From Ruminococcus sp. (lineage in GTDB: Bacteria; Bacillota; Clostridia; Oscillospirales; Acutalibacteraceae), in assembly GCA_017457955.1 (NCBI GenBank), contig JAFTGL010000008.1, positions 36,068 to 100,067 on the forward strand: a stretch of 64,000 bases of DNA. The letters are read 5' to 3'. Numbering within the stretch: position 1 is the stretch's first letter; each line of letters opens with the position of its first letter. The notes beneath the pieces are model-generated. The model did no database searches, had not been told where the DNA came from, and saw nothing but the letters and a program-made list of their open reading frames with translations. The position numbers were made by a program, and so were the translations under genes. Positions 9,936 through 19,709 of this stretch are shown here, piece after piece.

Positions 9936-11435
9936 ATGATGATCTATGCAGATATACAAAGATTGATCGACTATTCGATCGCCGAAGAGTTGATAGAAAA
10001 AGAGGACGCGATCGTCGTCCGCAATATGCTGATGGATACCCTGCACGTCTGTGACTGGCAGGACGTGTCTGTCGAGCAAGCGGATACTGCCATTGACAAC
10101 ATACTGAAACCGCTGGTCGACTATGCCTGTGAGCATGGTGTGATCGAGGACACAACCGCCAACCGCGATCTGTTTGATACCAAGCTCATGGGCATCGTCA
10201 CGCCAATGCCGCGCGAGGTCAACCGCGATTTTTCAGAACACTATGCGGAGTCGCCCCTTGCGGCGACCGACTGGTACTACGATTTCAGCAAGAAGCTGAA
10301 TTATGTGCGCGCCGGACGGATCGCTAAGGATCTGAAATGGACGTATGACAGCGAGTATGGTACGCTCGACATCACCATCAACCGCAGTAAACCCGAGAAA
10401 GATCCCAGAGATATTGCCAAAGCCGGAGCAACCGCTTCTGTCGCTTATCCGAAGTGCCAGCTTTGCGCCGAGAACATGGGTTATGCCGGGCGGCAGAATC
10501 ACCCCGCACGGCAGAATCTGCGCCCGATCCCGATCAAGATAAACGGCGGCGACTGGTATCTGCAATACTCGCCCTACGGCTACTATAATGAACACTGTAT
10601 CGTGTTCAACAGCGAGCACATCCCGATGGTGATCGACGCCGAAGTATTCAACAAGCTGTTCGATTTCATCGGACAATTCCCGCATTACTTCATCGGCTCC
10701 AACGCCGATCTTCCGATCGTTGGCGGCTCGATACTGAGCCATGAGCATTTTCAGGGCGGTCACTATACCTTTGCGATGGCACAGGCGCAGCCTGAGTATT
10801 CGTTCTGCATATCTGATTACCCTGATGTGGAAGCAGCGACGGTCAAGTGGCCGATGTCGGTGATCCGCATGCGCAGCATGAATAGAAAACAATTATCCAA
10901 CGCTTGTGCTGAAATACTCAAAGCATGGCGCAGCTACACCGATGAGGCGGTAAATATCTACGCTTTCACCGACGGTGTACCGCACAATACGATCACGCCG
11001 ATTGCGCGTATCCGCGACGGCCTGTATGAATGTGATCTGGTACTGCGCAACAACATCACCTCGGATGACAGACCGCTGGGCGTTTATCATCCGAATCCCA
11101 CCCTGCACCATATCAAGAAGGAGAACATCGGACTGATCGAGGTCATGGGTCTGGCGGTGCTCCCGGCAAGACTTGCTGTTGAATTGGAAGAGGTTAGAAC
11201 AGCGCTGCTTAGCGGCGACGACCTGACTGCAAATCCCGCGACCGCCTCTCATGCAGAGTGGGCAGAAAACCTGAAAGCCGATCACCCCGAGCTGAACGCC
11301 GATAACGCAATGGAGATCATCCGCGCAGAGGTTGGCAAGGTGTTTGAACAGGTTCTCTGCGACGCGGGTGTGTTCAAGCGTGACAAAGAGGGGACAGAGG
11401 CGTTCATGCGTTTTATTGATTCGATCAAGGGTTAG
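9936..11435 (+). CDS. galT: Galactose-1-phosphate uridylyltransferase (Firmicutes type II)
   Basis: SKPEKDP, CQLCAEN, QYSPYGYYNEH, NADLPIVGGSILSHEHFQGG, HIKKENIGLIEVMGLAVLP. Confidence 0.95.
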   Translation: MMIYADIQRLIDYSIAEELIEKEDAIVVRNMLMDTLHVCDWQDVSVEQADTAIDNILKPLVDYACEHGVIEDTTANRDLFDTKLMGIVTPMPREVNRDFSEHYAESPLAATDWYYDFSKKLNYVRAGRIAKDLKWTYDSEYGTLDITINRSKPEKDPRDIAKAGATASVAYPKCQLCAENMGYAGRQNHPARQNLRPIPIKINGGDWYLQYSPYGYYNEHCIVFNSEHIPMVIDAEVFNKLFDFIGQFPHYFIGSNADLPIVGGSILSHEHFQGGHYTFAMAQAQPEYSFCISDYPDVEAATVKWPMSVIRMRSMNRKQLSNACAEILKAWRSYTDEAVNIYAFTDGVPHNTITPIARIRDGLYECDLVLRNNITSDDRPLGVYHPNPTLHHIKKENIGLIEVMGLAVLPARLAVELEEVRTALLSGDDLTANPATASHAEWAENLKADHPELNADNAMEIIRAEVGKVFEQVLCDAGVFKRDKEGTEAFMRFIDSIKG

Positions 11436-11440
11436 ATGTT

Positions 11441-12019
11441 ATGACAGAATATGAGCGCATGGAACAGGGAATGAATTACGATCCCTGTGATGATGAGATC
11501 ATGCAGGAACAGCGTGTCTATCAGGACAGGCTGTGGGAGTTCAATCAGCTCAGACCTGCGGATTTCGCGGCAAAAGAAGCCTACATGAAAGAGATCTTTG
11601 CCGAATGCGGCGAGCGCTGTTATATCGAGCTGCCTCTCCACGCAAACTGGGGCGGCCACCACGTTCACTTCGGCGCTGATATTTATGCCAATTCCAACCT
11701 CACGCTGGTAGACGACGGTCATATCTACGTTGGTGATCGTGTAATGTTCGGACCGAATGTAACGATCGCAACAGCCAACCATCCGCCGGAGCCGGAACTC
11801 AGGGCAAAGGGCTTGCAGTATAACCGTGATGTAAGGATCGGCGAGAATACATGGATCGGCGCGGGAGCGATCATCGTCCCGGGCGTGACGATCGGAAAGA
11901 ATGTCGTCATCGGAGCCGGCAGCATCGTCACCAAAGATGTCCCCGATAATGTACTTGCTGTCGGCAATCCCTGCCGCGTGATCCGTCATATAGAATCGAA
12001 AGAGAATACGGAGGAGTAA
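11441..12019 (+). CDS. Sugar (galactoside/maltose) O-acetyltransferase
   Basis: Hexapeptide repeats, IGAGSIVTKDVP, VGNPCRV. Confidence 0.9.
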   Translation: MTEYERMEQGMNYDPCDDEIMQEQRVYQDRLWEFNQLRPADFAAKEAYMKEIFAECGERCYIELPLHANWGGHHVHFGADIYANSNLTLVDDGHIYVGDRVMFGPNVTIATANHPPEPELRAKGLQYNRDVRIGENTWIGAGAIIVPGVTIGKNVVIGAGSIVTKDVPDNVLAVGNPCRVIRHIESKENTEE

Positions 12020-12972
12020 TGATGATTGATATATTAGCAGTCGGCGAAATGCTGATCGACTTGACACAGACAGGGGTATCCGACGCGGGTATCCCGATCT
12101 ACACCTCTTTTCCGGGCGGCGCACCTGCTAACGTTGCCGTTGCCGCGGCAAAGCTCGGTGCTGCGACTGCTTTCATCGGAAAAGTCGGCAACGACGCTTT
12201 CGGACGGTTGTTGGTCGATACCGTTAGACAGAACGGCGTCGGCTCGGACGGAATGATCGTCACCGACGATGCAAATACAACGCTGGCGGTGGTATCGCTG
12301 GCAGAAAGCGGCGAACGCGACTTTGCTTTCTATCGCAAGGGCTTCGCCGATACACAGCTCAGAGAGGACGAGATCTCCGATGAACAGCTGCAGAGTACCC
12401 GCTTCCTGCATTTCGGTTCTGTCAGCCTGACAGAGGAACCCTCTCGCTCGGCGACACTCTCCGCCGCAAGGAGAGCAAAGGAGTATCGCGCGACGATCTC
12501 TTACGATCCGAACTTCAGAGAAAGCCTGTGGCGATACAGAGAAGAAGCCATCGAGATGATGAAACGTCCTCTGCCGATGGTGGACATCCTCAAAATCTCC
12601 GACGAGGAATTGCCGCTGCTGACCGGAACGGACGATCCCGATCTGGGTACTAAAATGCTGTATGACACATACGGTATTTCGCTGATTCTGCTGACCCTCG
12701 GCGCAAAGGGCGCTTATTACCGCTATGGAGAATGTACGGGACTGTGCGAAGGCGTCAAGGTGAAGGTCGCCGATACCAACGGCGCCGGAGATACCTTCCT
12801 CGGTGCGTTCCTCAGCGGTATGGTCAGGCTGAAAAAATACAAGCCCTCACAGCTGACAGAAGAAGAGATTAAAGAGCTGACGGCATTTGCGAACAAAGCG
12901 GCGTCGATTACCACGAGCCGCAGCGGAGCGATCCCCGCAATGCCAACGCTCGATGAGGTTATTAACGGATAA
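12019..12972 (+). CDS. PfkB family carbohydrate kinase (fructokinase-like)
   Basis: GGAPANVA, SYDPNFR, DTNGAGDTF motifs. Confidence 0.9.
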   Translation: MMIDILAVGEMLIDLTQTGVSDAGIPIYTSFPGGAPANVAVAAAKLGAATAFIGKVGNDAFGRLLVDTVRQNGVGSDGMIVTDDANTTLAVVSLAESGERDFAFYRKGFADTQLREDEISDEQLQSTRFLHFGSVSLTEEPSRSATLSAARRAKEYRATISYDPNFRESLWRYREEAIEMMKRPLPMVDILKISDEELPLLTGTDDPDLGTKMLYDTYGISLILLTLGAKGAYYRYGECTGLCEGVKVKVADTNGAGDTFLGAFLSGMVRLKKYKPSQLTEEEIKELTAFANKAASITTSRSGAIPAMPTLDEVING

Positions 12973-12982
12973 TAGAGGTGTT

Positions 12983-14851
12983 ATGATGAAAGCCTCCGCT
13001 AAATGGGAAAAGGAATTTGCCCTTCGATTTGAAAAGCACTTTGACGAGCTGAAATGGCTCTACTGCGAGGTCTACAACAATGATATAGGGGCGTTTTACT
13101 GGCTGTGCAATTCGCTGTACGACTACTATCACAAGCGTGACGACGCACTGAAAAAGCTCGACAGAGAGCGTGAGAAAACGCCGTTCTGGTACAGCACTAA
13201 TTCCCTTGTCGGGATGATGCTGTATGTCGTCAACTTTGCCGATAACCTCAAAGGGCTGAAAGCAAAGATCGACTATATCAAAGAAAGCGGCGTCAACTAT
13301 CTGCACCTGATGCCGCTGCTGAAAAGCCCGAAGGATCGCTCCGACGGCGGCTATGCCGTGGCGGATTTCCGCAGGGTCCAGCCCGAGCTGGGTACCATGA
13401 AGGATCTCGAGGCGCTGACGGCGGAATGTCACGATAACGGCATCAGCGTGTGTCTTGACTTTGTGATGAACCACACCAGCGAGGATCACGCATGGGCAAA
13501 GGCGGCGCGTGCGGGCGATGAAGAAGCGAGAAAACGCTATTTCTTCTTTGATAACTGGGATGTACCCTTTGAATTTGAGCGCACCGTCCCGCAGGTGTTC
13601 CCGACGACCGCGCCGGGCAACTTTACACAGCTTGAAAACGGCGATATTGTGATGACGACCTTCTATCCCTATCAGTGGGATCTGAACTACGGCAACTGCG
13701 TTGTGTTCAACGACATGGTCGGTAATATGCTGTCGCTTTGTAACCGCGGCATCGACGTCATTCGACTCGATGCGGTGCCGTATATCTGGAAGGAGCTCGG
13801 CACGAATTGCCGCAACCTGCCGACCGTGCACAAGCTCGTGCGCATGATGCGCATAATCGCCGAGATCGTGTGTCCATCTGTTCTGCTGCTCGGAGAGGTC
13901 GTGATGGAGCCTTCTAAGGTCGCGCCTTACTTCGGCACGCCCGAAAAGCCAGAGTGTCACATGCTGTACAATGTCACCACGATGGCAAGCACGTGGCACA
14001 CCATCGCGACAAAGGACGTGCGCCTGCTGAACCGCCAGATGGAACAGCTTGCCGTACTCCCTAAGGACTATGTGTTCCTCAACTATCTGCGCTGTCACGA
14101 CGACATCGGCTGGGGACTGGACTATGACTACCTAAGCGGCTTCGGCATGAGCGAGATCCCGCATAAGCGGTTCCTCAACGATTACTTCACCGGAAAATTC
14201 GAAGGCAGTGTCTCGAGGGGCGAGTTATATAATGATGACGAGAGCTTAGGCGACGCGCGGCTTTGCGGCACGACAGCAAGCCTTTGCGGACTTGAAACGG
14301 CAATCGAAGAAAATGTTCCGAAGCGTTTACAGAAAGCAATCGACTGCGATCTGATGCTCCACGCCTATATGCTGACCCAAAGCGGCATCCCCGTGATCTA
14401 CAGCGGCGACGAGGTCGCTCAGCTGAACGATTACCGCTATCATGATGATCCGGATAAAGCCGCCGACAGCCGCTATTTGCACCGCGGCAAATTCGACTGG
14501 AAGAAAGCCGAAAGCAGAAAGAACATGAAGACCGCAGAGGGCATGATCTATCAGACCCTGCTCCGTCTGGAGACAATCAGAAGCACAAACGAGGTGTTTA
14601 CCGCGTCCGCTGACTTCGGCACGCTGAATACCGGCTGTGATCATGTGCTCGGCATCCGTCGGGAGTATCAGGGGCAGAAGCTGTATGCCTACTTCAATTT
14701 CAGCGATACCGAGCAGACCGTCTATTTTGACGCCGTCCTCTTCGGAAAAGAACTATTGAGCGGTGAAGAAGTCAGAGGACTCGGGACCGAGCTGAAGCCT
14801 TACGGATTCTTATGGATATTATGTGACGTGAACAAGGAGCAATTATTATGA
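12983..14851 (+). CDS. Amylosucrase-like GH13 enzyme
   Basis: LHLMPL, DGGYAV, DFVMNHTS, QWDLNY, RLDAVPYIWK, CHDDIGW motifs; start placed at ATG after RBS GAGGTG. Confidence 0.85.
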   Translation: MMKASAKWEKEFALRFEKHFDELKWLYCEVYNNDIGAFYWLCNSLYDYYHKRDDALKKLDREREKTPFWYSTNSLVGMMLYVVNFADNLKGLKAKIDYIKESGVNYLHLMPLLKSPKDRSDGGYAVADFRRVQPELGTMKDLEALTAECHDNGISVCLDFVMNHTSEDHAWAKAARAGDEEARKRYFFFDNWDVPFEFERTVPQVFPTTAPGNFTQLENGDIVMTTFYPYQWDLNYGNCVVFNDMVGNMLSLCNRGIDVIRLDAVPYIWKELGTNCRNLPTVHKLVRMMRIIAEIVCPSVLLLGEVVMEPSKVAPYFGTPEKPECHMLYNVTTMASTWHTIATKDVRLLNRQMEQLAVLPKDYVFLNYLRCHDDIGWGLDYDYLSGFGMSEIPHKRFLNDYFTGKFEGSVSRGELYNDDESLGDARLCGTTASLCGLETAIEENVPKRLQKAIDCDLMLHAYMLTQSGIPVIYSGDEVAQLNDYRYHDDPDKAADSRYLHRGKFDWKKAESRKNMKTAEGMIYQTLLRLETIRSTNEVFTASADFGTLNTGCDHVLGIRREYQGQKLYAYFNFSDTEQTVYFDAVLFGKELLSGEEVRGLGTELKPYGFLWILCDVNKEQLL

Positions 14852-15837
14852 AGATATTAGTATTAGGCGGCGCTGGCTATATCGGCTCGCATACCGTATA
14901 TAGGCTCATAGAAGAGGGCAACGAGGTCGTTATCTTCGATAATCTGGAAACCGGCCATATCGAGGCGGTTCATCCCAAAGCAAAGTTCTATCAGGGTGAT
15001 TTACGAAACCGAGCCCAGATCGATCATGTTCTCGATCAGGAAAGCGGCATTGACGCAGTGATCCATTTTGCTGCCAATTCCCTTGTCGGAGAGAGTATGC
15101 GAAAGCCCTTAAAATATTATGACAATAACCTTTGCGGCACCAAAGTGCTTCTCCAGTCCCTTGTTGCACATGGTATCGACAAAGTCGTGTTTTCTTCGAC
15201 TGCCGCGACCTACGGCGAACCGCAGCATACTCCGATCTTAGAGAGCGATCCCACCAATCCCACCAACTGCTATGGTGAGACAAAGAAAGCGATGGAGAGG
15301 ATGTTCTACTGGACGAATGTCGCTCACGGACTTCGCTTTGTATCGCTGAGATATTTCAACGCCTGCGGTGCGCATATCAGCGGTACGATCGGCGAGGCAC
15401 ATCATCCCGAGACTCATTTGATCCCGATCATTTTGCAGGCAGCACAGGGTGTGCGTGATCATATCAGCGTCTTCGGTACAGACTACAACACGGCAGACGG
15501 CACCTGCATCCGCGACTATATCCATGTGACCGATCTGGCACAGGCGCATATCCTCGCCGTAAACTATCTGATGAACGGCGGTAAAAGCGACATCTTCAAC
15601 CTCGGTAACGGCGTCGGCTTTTCGGTCAAAGAGGTGATCGAGACGGCAAAAAAGGTCACCGGCAAGGACATCAAGGTAGTTTATGAAGGCCGCAGAGCAG
15701 GCGATCCCGCCGTTTTGATCGCTTCCAGTGACAAAGCAAAATCGGTTCTCGGATGGAAGCCGGAATTTGACAGTCTGCCGACTATCATCAAAACTGCTTG
15801 GAAATGGCACAGCACCCACCCGCACGGCTATGAATAA
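14848..15837 (+). CDS. galE: UDP-glucose 4-epimerase
   Basis: GGAGYIGSH, FSSTAA, YGETK, LRYFN, IRDYIHV. Confidence 0.96.
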   Translation: MKILVLGGAGYIGSHTVYRLIEEGNEVVIFDNLETGHIEAVHPKAKFYQGDLRNRAQIDHVLDQESGIDAVIHFAANSLVGESMRKPLKYYDNNLCGTKVLLQSLVAHGIDKVVFSSTAATYGEPQHTPILESDPTNPTNCYGETKKAMERMFYWTNVAHGLRFVSLRYFNACGAHISGTIGEAHHPETHLIPIILQAAQGVRDHISVFGTDYNTADGTCIRDYIHVTDLAQAHILAVNYLMNGGKSDIFNLGNGVGFSVKEVIETAKKVTGKDIKVVYEGRRAGDPAVLIASSDKAKSVLGWKPEFDSLPTIIKTAWKWHSTHPHGYE

Positions 15838-15843
15838 CGGTCT

Positions 15844-15877
15844 AAAGCTCCTCTGCCTGTGCAAAGGAGCTTTTTTT
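15844..15877 (+). terminator. Intrinsic terminator after galE
   Basis: AAAGCTCCT...AGGAGCTTTTTTT stem-loop with T7. Confidence 0.7.
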
Positions 15878-15890
15878 GGAGAAGGAACTT

Positions 15891-17837
15891 ATGGTACAGG
15901 ATTTTTATTATTACAAAGAAGCGTTGAAGCTCGGTCAAAAAGAATATCGGGCAAAAACCGCAAAAGGCGAGTCCCCTTATCTTCCCGCGCTGGATGAGTT
16001 GATCCCGCCCGAAAAGGCTATGGGCGGTACCCGACTCGGCGTGATCCAGATTCCGCTCTCCCATATCGTCGGCACAAAAACATCGGGCAGGATGAATTCC
16101 TTTGCGTCCAATTTTATGCCGCTGTTGGGTGAGGATACGGAGTTTGCGGATAAGTGGGAATCACTCTGCCGATCACATCTGAGCGAAGGTATCCGCGATT
16201 CTGTCAAAGTCTATGAATATATGAACCGCTTTTACGTCGAAGAGGGCAACAAGCGTGTCAGCGTGCTGAAATATTGCAGCGCCTACAGTATCCCCGCAGA
16301 TGTGATCCGCATTATGCCGGAGAAATCCGACGATGAGGCTGTTCAGCTCTACTATGAGTTCGTCGAGTTCAACCGCTGTACAAAGATCAACTTCATCGAA
16401 TTCACAAAGCGCGGCAGTTATCGCGAGCTGCTCCGAGCAATGGGCAAGTCCTACGATGAATGGTGGACAGTGGAGGAACAGCGGCGGTTCTCAAGCGCAT
16501 TCTACTACTTTGAGCAGGCGTATCGCAAAAGCGGCGGCGATAAGCTGAAAATGACCGTCGGCGACGCTATGCTCAGTTATATTCAGATCTACGGCTATTC
16601 ACAATTGCAGTCCGCAGGTGAGGCGGAGATTCGCATGAACCTGCGGAAAATGTGGCAGGAGATCGCGCTCAAAGAAAAGAGCGACAAGATCGAGGTAAAG
16701 ACGACGCCCGCCCGGGAGAAAAAGCCATCGGTGCTCGAACGCGTCTTCGAGCTCAAACCAACGGTTCTCAAGGCGGCGTTCATCTATGATCTGCCGCCCG
16801 AACGTTCCGGCTGGGTCAACGACCATGAACAGGGACGTCAGCATGCGCAAACGGTGCTCGGCAGTCAGGTCGATACCTCAGTGTACCTTGCTCAGAATGA
16901 CGCAGAACTCAGAGATGTGCTGGAGCGCGCGATCAACGCGGGCAACAAGCTCATTTTTACGATCTCGCCCCGCATGATGAAGGAAAGCCTGCGCGCAGCG
17001 ATAGAGTATCCGGATGCCGTCATCATGAATTGTTCCCTTAACAGCTCCCACCGATATGTCCGCACCTATTACACCCGCATGTATGAGGTGAAATTCATCC
17101 TCGGTGCGCTTGCCGGATCGCTGACGCAAAGCGGTCGGCTCGGCTATGTCTGCGATTATCCGATCTTCGGACAGATCGCCGGAATCAATGCCTTTGCGCT
17201 CGGCGCACAGATGGCAAATCCCCGCGCAAAGGTCTTTCTCGAATGGTCGTCCGTCAAGGGCGCAGAGGGTGCGGCAAAGTCACTGCATGATCAGCATATC
17301 CACATCATTTCCTCTCAGGACACCGCGCGCTTTTTAGAGGATGACCGCCGCAGTTTCGGACTGTCGCATATCGGACACGACAAAACCGATCTGCTTGCCG
17401 TTCCCGTGTGGAAGTGGGGCGTGTATTATGAGCGGATCCTGCGCAGTATGCTCGACAGCACCATCAAGGATGAATATGACCGTAGCAGCCGCGCATTGAA
17501 CTACTATTGGGGGATGTCCGCGGGCGTCGTCGATATCGAATACGCACCCAGCCTGCCGCTTGCCTCACGGCGGTATGCGGATTTCTTCCGTGAGAGCCTG
17601 ATCCACGGCGTTGCAACCCCCTTCCTCACGCCGTTCTATACGCAAAGCGGAGAGATCATCGGCGCGCGTCAGCGTGAGCTGAGCCTCGAGCAGATCATCA
17701 ACATGGACTACCTTGTCGATAACGTGATCGGACATATCCCCACCTATGACGAGATGTCGCCGATCGGCAGAGCAACGGTCGATATGATGGGCGTTCATCA
17801 GGCAAAGGCAGAAGCCGGAAAAGAGGAAACGCCATGA
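15891..17837 (+). CDS. Fusion of N-terminal ParB/Srx-like domain and C-terminal BMP/PnrA-like ligand-binding domain, no signal peptide
   Basis: IPLSHIVGT...FYVEEGNKRVSV resembles the ParB-like DGxxR core; C-half AFIY..SGWVNDHEQG, LGALAGSLT, INAFALGAQMANP is BMP-like. Confidence 0.75.
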   Translation: MVQDFYYYKEALKLGQKEYRAKTAKGESPYLPALDELIPPEKAMGGTRLGVIQIPLSHIVGTKTSGRMNSFASNFMPLLGEDTEFADKWESLCRSHLSEGIRDSVKVYEYMNRFYVEEGNKRVSVLKYCSAYSIPADVIRIMPEKSDDEAVQLYYEFVEFNRCTKINFIEFTKRGSYRELLRAMGKSYDEWWTVEEQRRFSSAFYYFEQAYRKSGGDKLKMTVGDAMLSYIQIYGYSQLQSAGEAEIRMNLRKMWQEIALKEKSDKIEVKTTPAREKKPSVLERVFELKPTVLKAAFIYDLPPERSGWVNDHEQGRQHAQTVLGSQVDTSVYLAQNDAELRDVLERAINAGNKLIFTISPRMMKESLRAAIEYPDAVIMNCSLNSSHRYVRTYYTRMYEVKFILGALAGSLTQSGRLGYVCDYPIFGQIAGINAFALGAQMANPRAKVFLEWSSVKGAEGAAKSLHDQHIHIISSQDTARFLEDDRRSFGLSHIGHDKTDLLAVPVWKWGVYYERILRSMLDSTIKDEYDRSSRALNYYWGMSAGVVDIEYAPSLPLASRRYADFFRESLIHGVATPFLTPFYTQSGEIIGARQRELSLEQIINMDYLVDNVIGHIPTYDEMSPIGRATVDMMGVHQAKAEAGKEETP

Positions 17838-18442
17838 GGATACTTGCCGTAGCCGATATTACCAGTGATCGGTATTATAAGTATTATAGATCCGGAAAGC
17901 TCGATGAATTTGACCTGATCCTCTCCTGCGGTGACCTCAAGCCCGAGTATCTTGAGTTTCTTGTGACGATGGCGCATTGTCCCTTGGTATATGTTCACGG
18001 CAACCACGACGACAGCAACGGCCGCGAGCCGCAGGGGTGTATCTGCGCGGATGACACGATCGTGGAGGTCGAGGGCTTGCGGATACTGGGACTGGGCGGT
18101 TCCTACCGCTACCGCGACGGAGACTATATGTATACGGAGTTCCGGATGAAGAACCGCATCAGAAAGCTGTGGTATCCAATCCGAAGGCATAAGGGATTTG
18201 ATATCCTGCTGACCCATTCTCCCGCACACGGGCTGAATGATTCCGAGCATATCTCCCACCGGGGATTTGACTGCTTCAATACCTTGATCGATCAATACGA
18301 GCCGTCTTATTTCATCCACGGACATGTACATCGCAACTACGGGATCGACATCCCGCAAAAAATGACAAAAGGCAAGACGACCGTCATCAATGCCTTTGAA
18401 TACTGTATATTGGATTTGGACAGGCGACAGTATGGAGAATAA
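17834..18442 (+). CDS. Metallophosphoesterase (calcineurin-like)
   Basis: LAVAD, CGDL, GNHD, LLTHSP, HGHVH motifs; ATGA overlap with upstream gene. Confidence 0.9.
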   Translation: MRILAVADITSDRYYKYYRSGKLDEFDLILSCGDLKPEYLEFLVTMAHCPLVYVHGNHDDSNGREPQGCICADDTIVEVEGLRILGLGGSYRYRDGDYMYTEFRMKNRIRKLWYPIRRHKGFDILLTHSPAHGLNDSEHISHRGFDCFNTLIDQYEPSYFIHGHVHRNYGIDIPQKMTKGKTTVINAFEYCILDLDRRQYGE

Positions 18443-19109
18443 GAAGCTGTTTATCAAAAGAATCATCATGAGCGTGCTGGGCGTCGTCATCTGCGGCATT
18501 AGCGTCGGCATGTTCAAGTTCGCCGCGCTCGGTATCGATCCGTTCCAGTCGCTGATGAGCGGACTCGACGCGGTGATCCCGATCCGCTTTGGCACGCTGT
18601 ATGTGATCGTCAACGCGGTACTGCTGCTGTTCGCTTTGATCTTCGATCGCCGCAAGATCGGTATCGCGACCTTTATCAACCTGTTTCTGCTCGGCTATAT
18701 CGTAGAATTTTCACAGGGCTTGTGCGAAAGACTGATGCCTGATGCTCCCTTATGGCTTAGGATCGTGATACTTCTGATTGCAATCGTCATCCTCTGTCTG
18801 TCGTCAGCGCTTTACTTTACCGCCGATCTCGGTGTATCCACCTATGACGCGGTCGCGCTGGTCTGGTCACAGCGGCAGAGCACAATCAAGTTCGCGTTCT
18901 GCCGTGTCATCTGCGACTTTATCTGCGTGGCTATCGGCGTCGTTTTGCTGTTGATCTCCGGTCAGAATATCACGGAGATATTCGGCTCGGTGGGCGTCGG
19001 TACGATCATCACCGCGTTCTTTATGGGCCCGCTGATCACGTTCTTCAACGTCCATGTCGCTCAGCCGATACTCGGAAAATCGAAGGAGAGGAAGAATGAT
19101 GAAAGCTGA
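18432..19109 (+). CDS. YczE/YitT-like membrane protein
   Basis: Duplicated LGIDP / LGVSTYD and IGIAT / VGVGT motifs, about 6 TM helices. Confidence 0.8.
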   Translation: MENKKLFIKRIIMSVLGVVICGISVGMFKFAALGIDPFQSLMSGLDAVIPIRFGTLYVIVNAVLLLFALIFDRRKIGIATFINLFLLGYIVEFSQGLCERLMPDAPLWLRIVILLIAIVILCLSSALYFTADLGVSTYDAVALVWSQRQSTIKFAFCRVICDFICVAIGVVLLLISGQNITEIFGSVGVGTIITAFFMGPLITFFNVHVAQPILGKSKERKNDES

Positions 19110-19356
19110 GATCGTGAGGCTGGAGCTTGCCGATTTTGAGAAATGCGATCATCGAAGACAGGGTATCGGAAAAAGACTGGTAGATTATATTTCAGACAAA
19201 GCAAAGGAAACTGGGTACACAGAGCTTTCTATCGGAGTTGATCTGGATAATTATCCCGCGCTGAAGCTGTATCATGCCGCCGGTTTTGATAACCTGTTGT
19301 TTGTCGGCGAAGACCAATGGGGGAAATATGTAAAGTTGATGAAGCAGTTATTTTGA
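19096..19356 (+). pseudogene. GNAT acetyltransferase, apparently internally deleted
   Basis: 86 aa only; acetyl-CoA motif RRQGIG and NYPALKLY..GF present but only about 18 aa precede motif A. Confidence 0.6.
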
Positions 19357-19433
19357 GAATTATTATAGAAACATTTTTCTTGACTTATTCCTTTTCTGTG
19401 GTATTGTGTTGTGCTTGAGAGAGGTGCAATACT

Positions 19434-19709
19434 ATGACCACATTAGAGAACTTTTACTTCGGGAATATCAATCCGAGTGAGTACAAGCAGAACAAGGATA
19501 CAAAGAAAAAGCTTTCAGAGATGACAGGGTTTCTTGACAAACTTAAATCGCTGTTGACCACAGAGCAGCAAAAAGAAATCGTTGAGCAGATAGATCATTG
19601 CCAGCTTTCGCTGATTGCTCTGTCGGAACGCGACGCTTATCTCGAAGGCTTTAAACTCGGTGTGAAAATGACAACTGAAATATATGCAGATACACAGCAG
19701 TGGGGATGA
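19434..19709 (+). CDS. Small protein, DUF6809-like
   Basis: LENFYFGNINPSE ... YLEGFKLGVKM pattern; RBS GAGGTG; own TTGACT promoter-like sequence at 19380. Confidence 0.7.
   Translation: MTTLENFYFGNINPSEYKQNKDTKKKLSEMTGFLDKLKSLLTTEQQKEIVEQIDHCQLSLIALSERDAYLEGFKLGVKMTTEIYADTQQWG

Noticed and set aside
15891-17837. Calling this a normal ABC nucleoside-binding lipoprotein or a chromosome-partitioning ParB
   Set aside because: No export signal, no cognate permease or ATPase, no ParA partner and no evident ParB HTH
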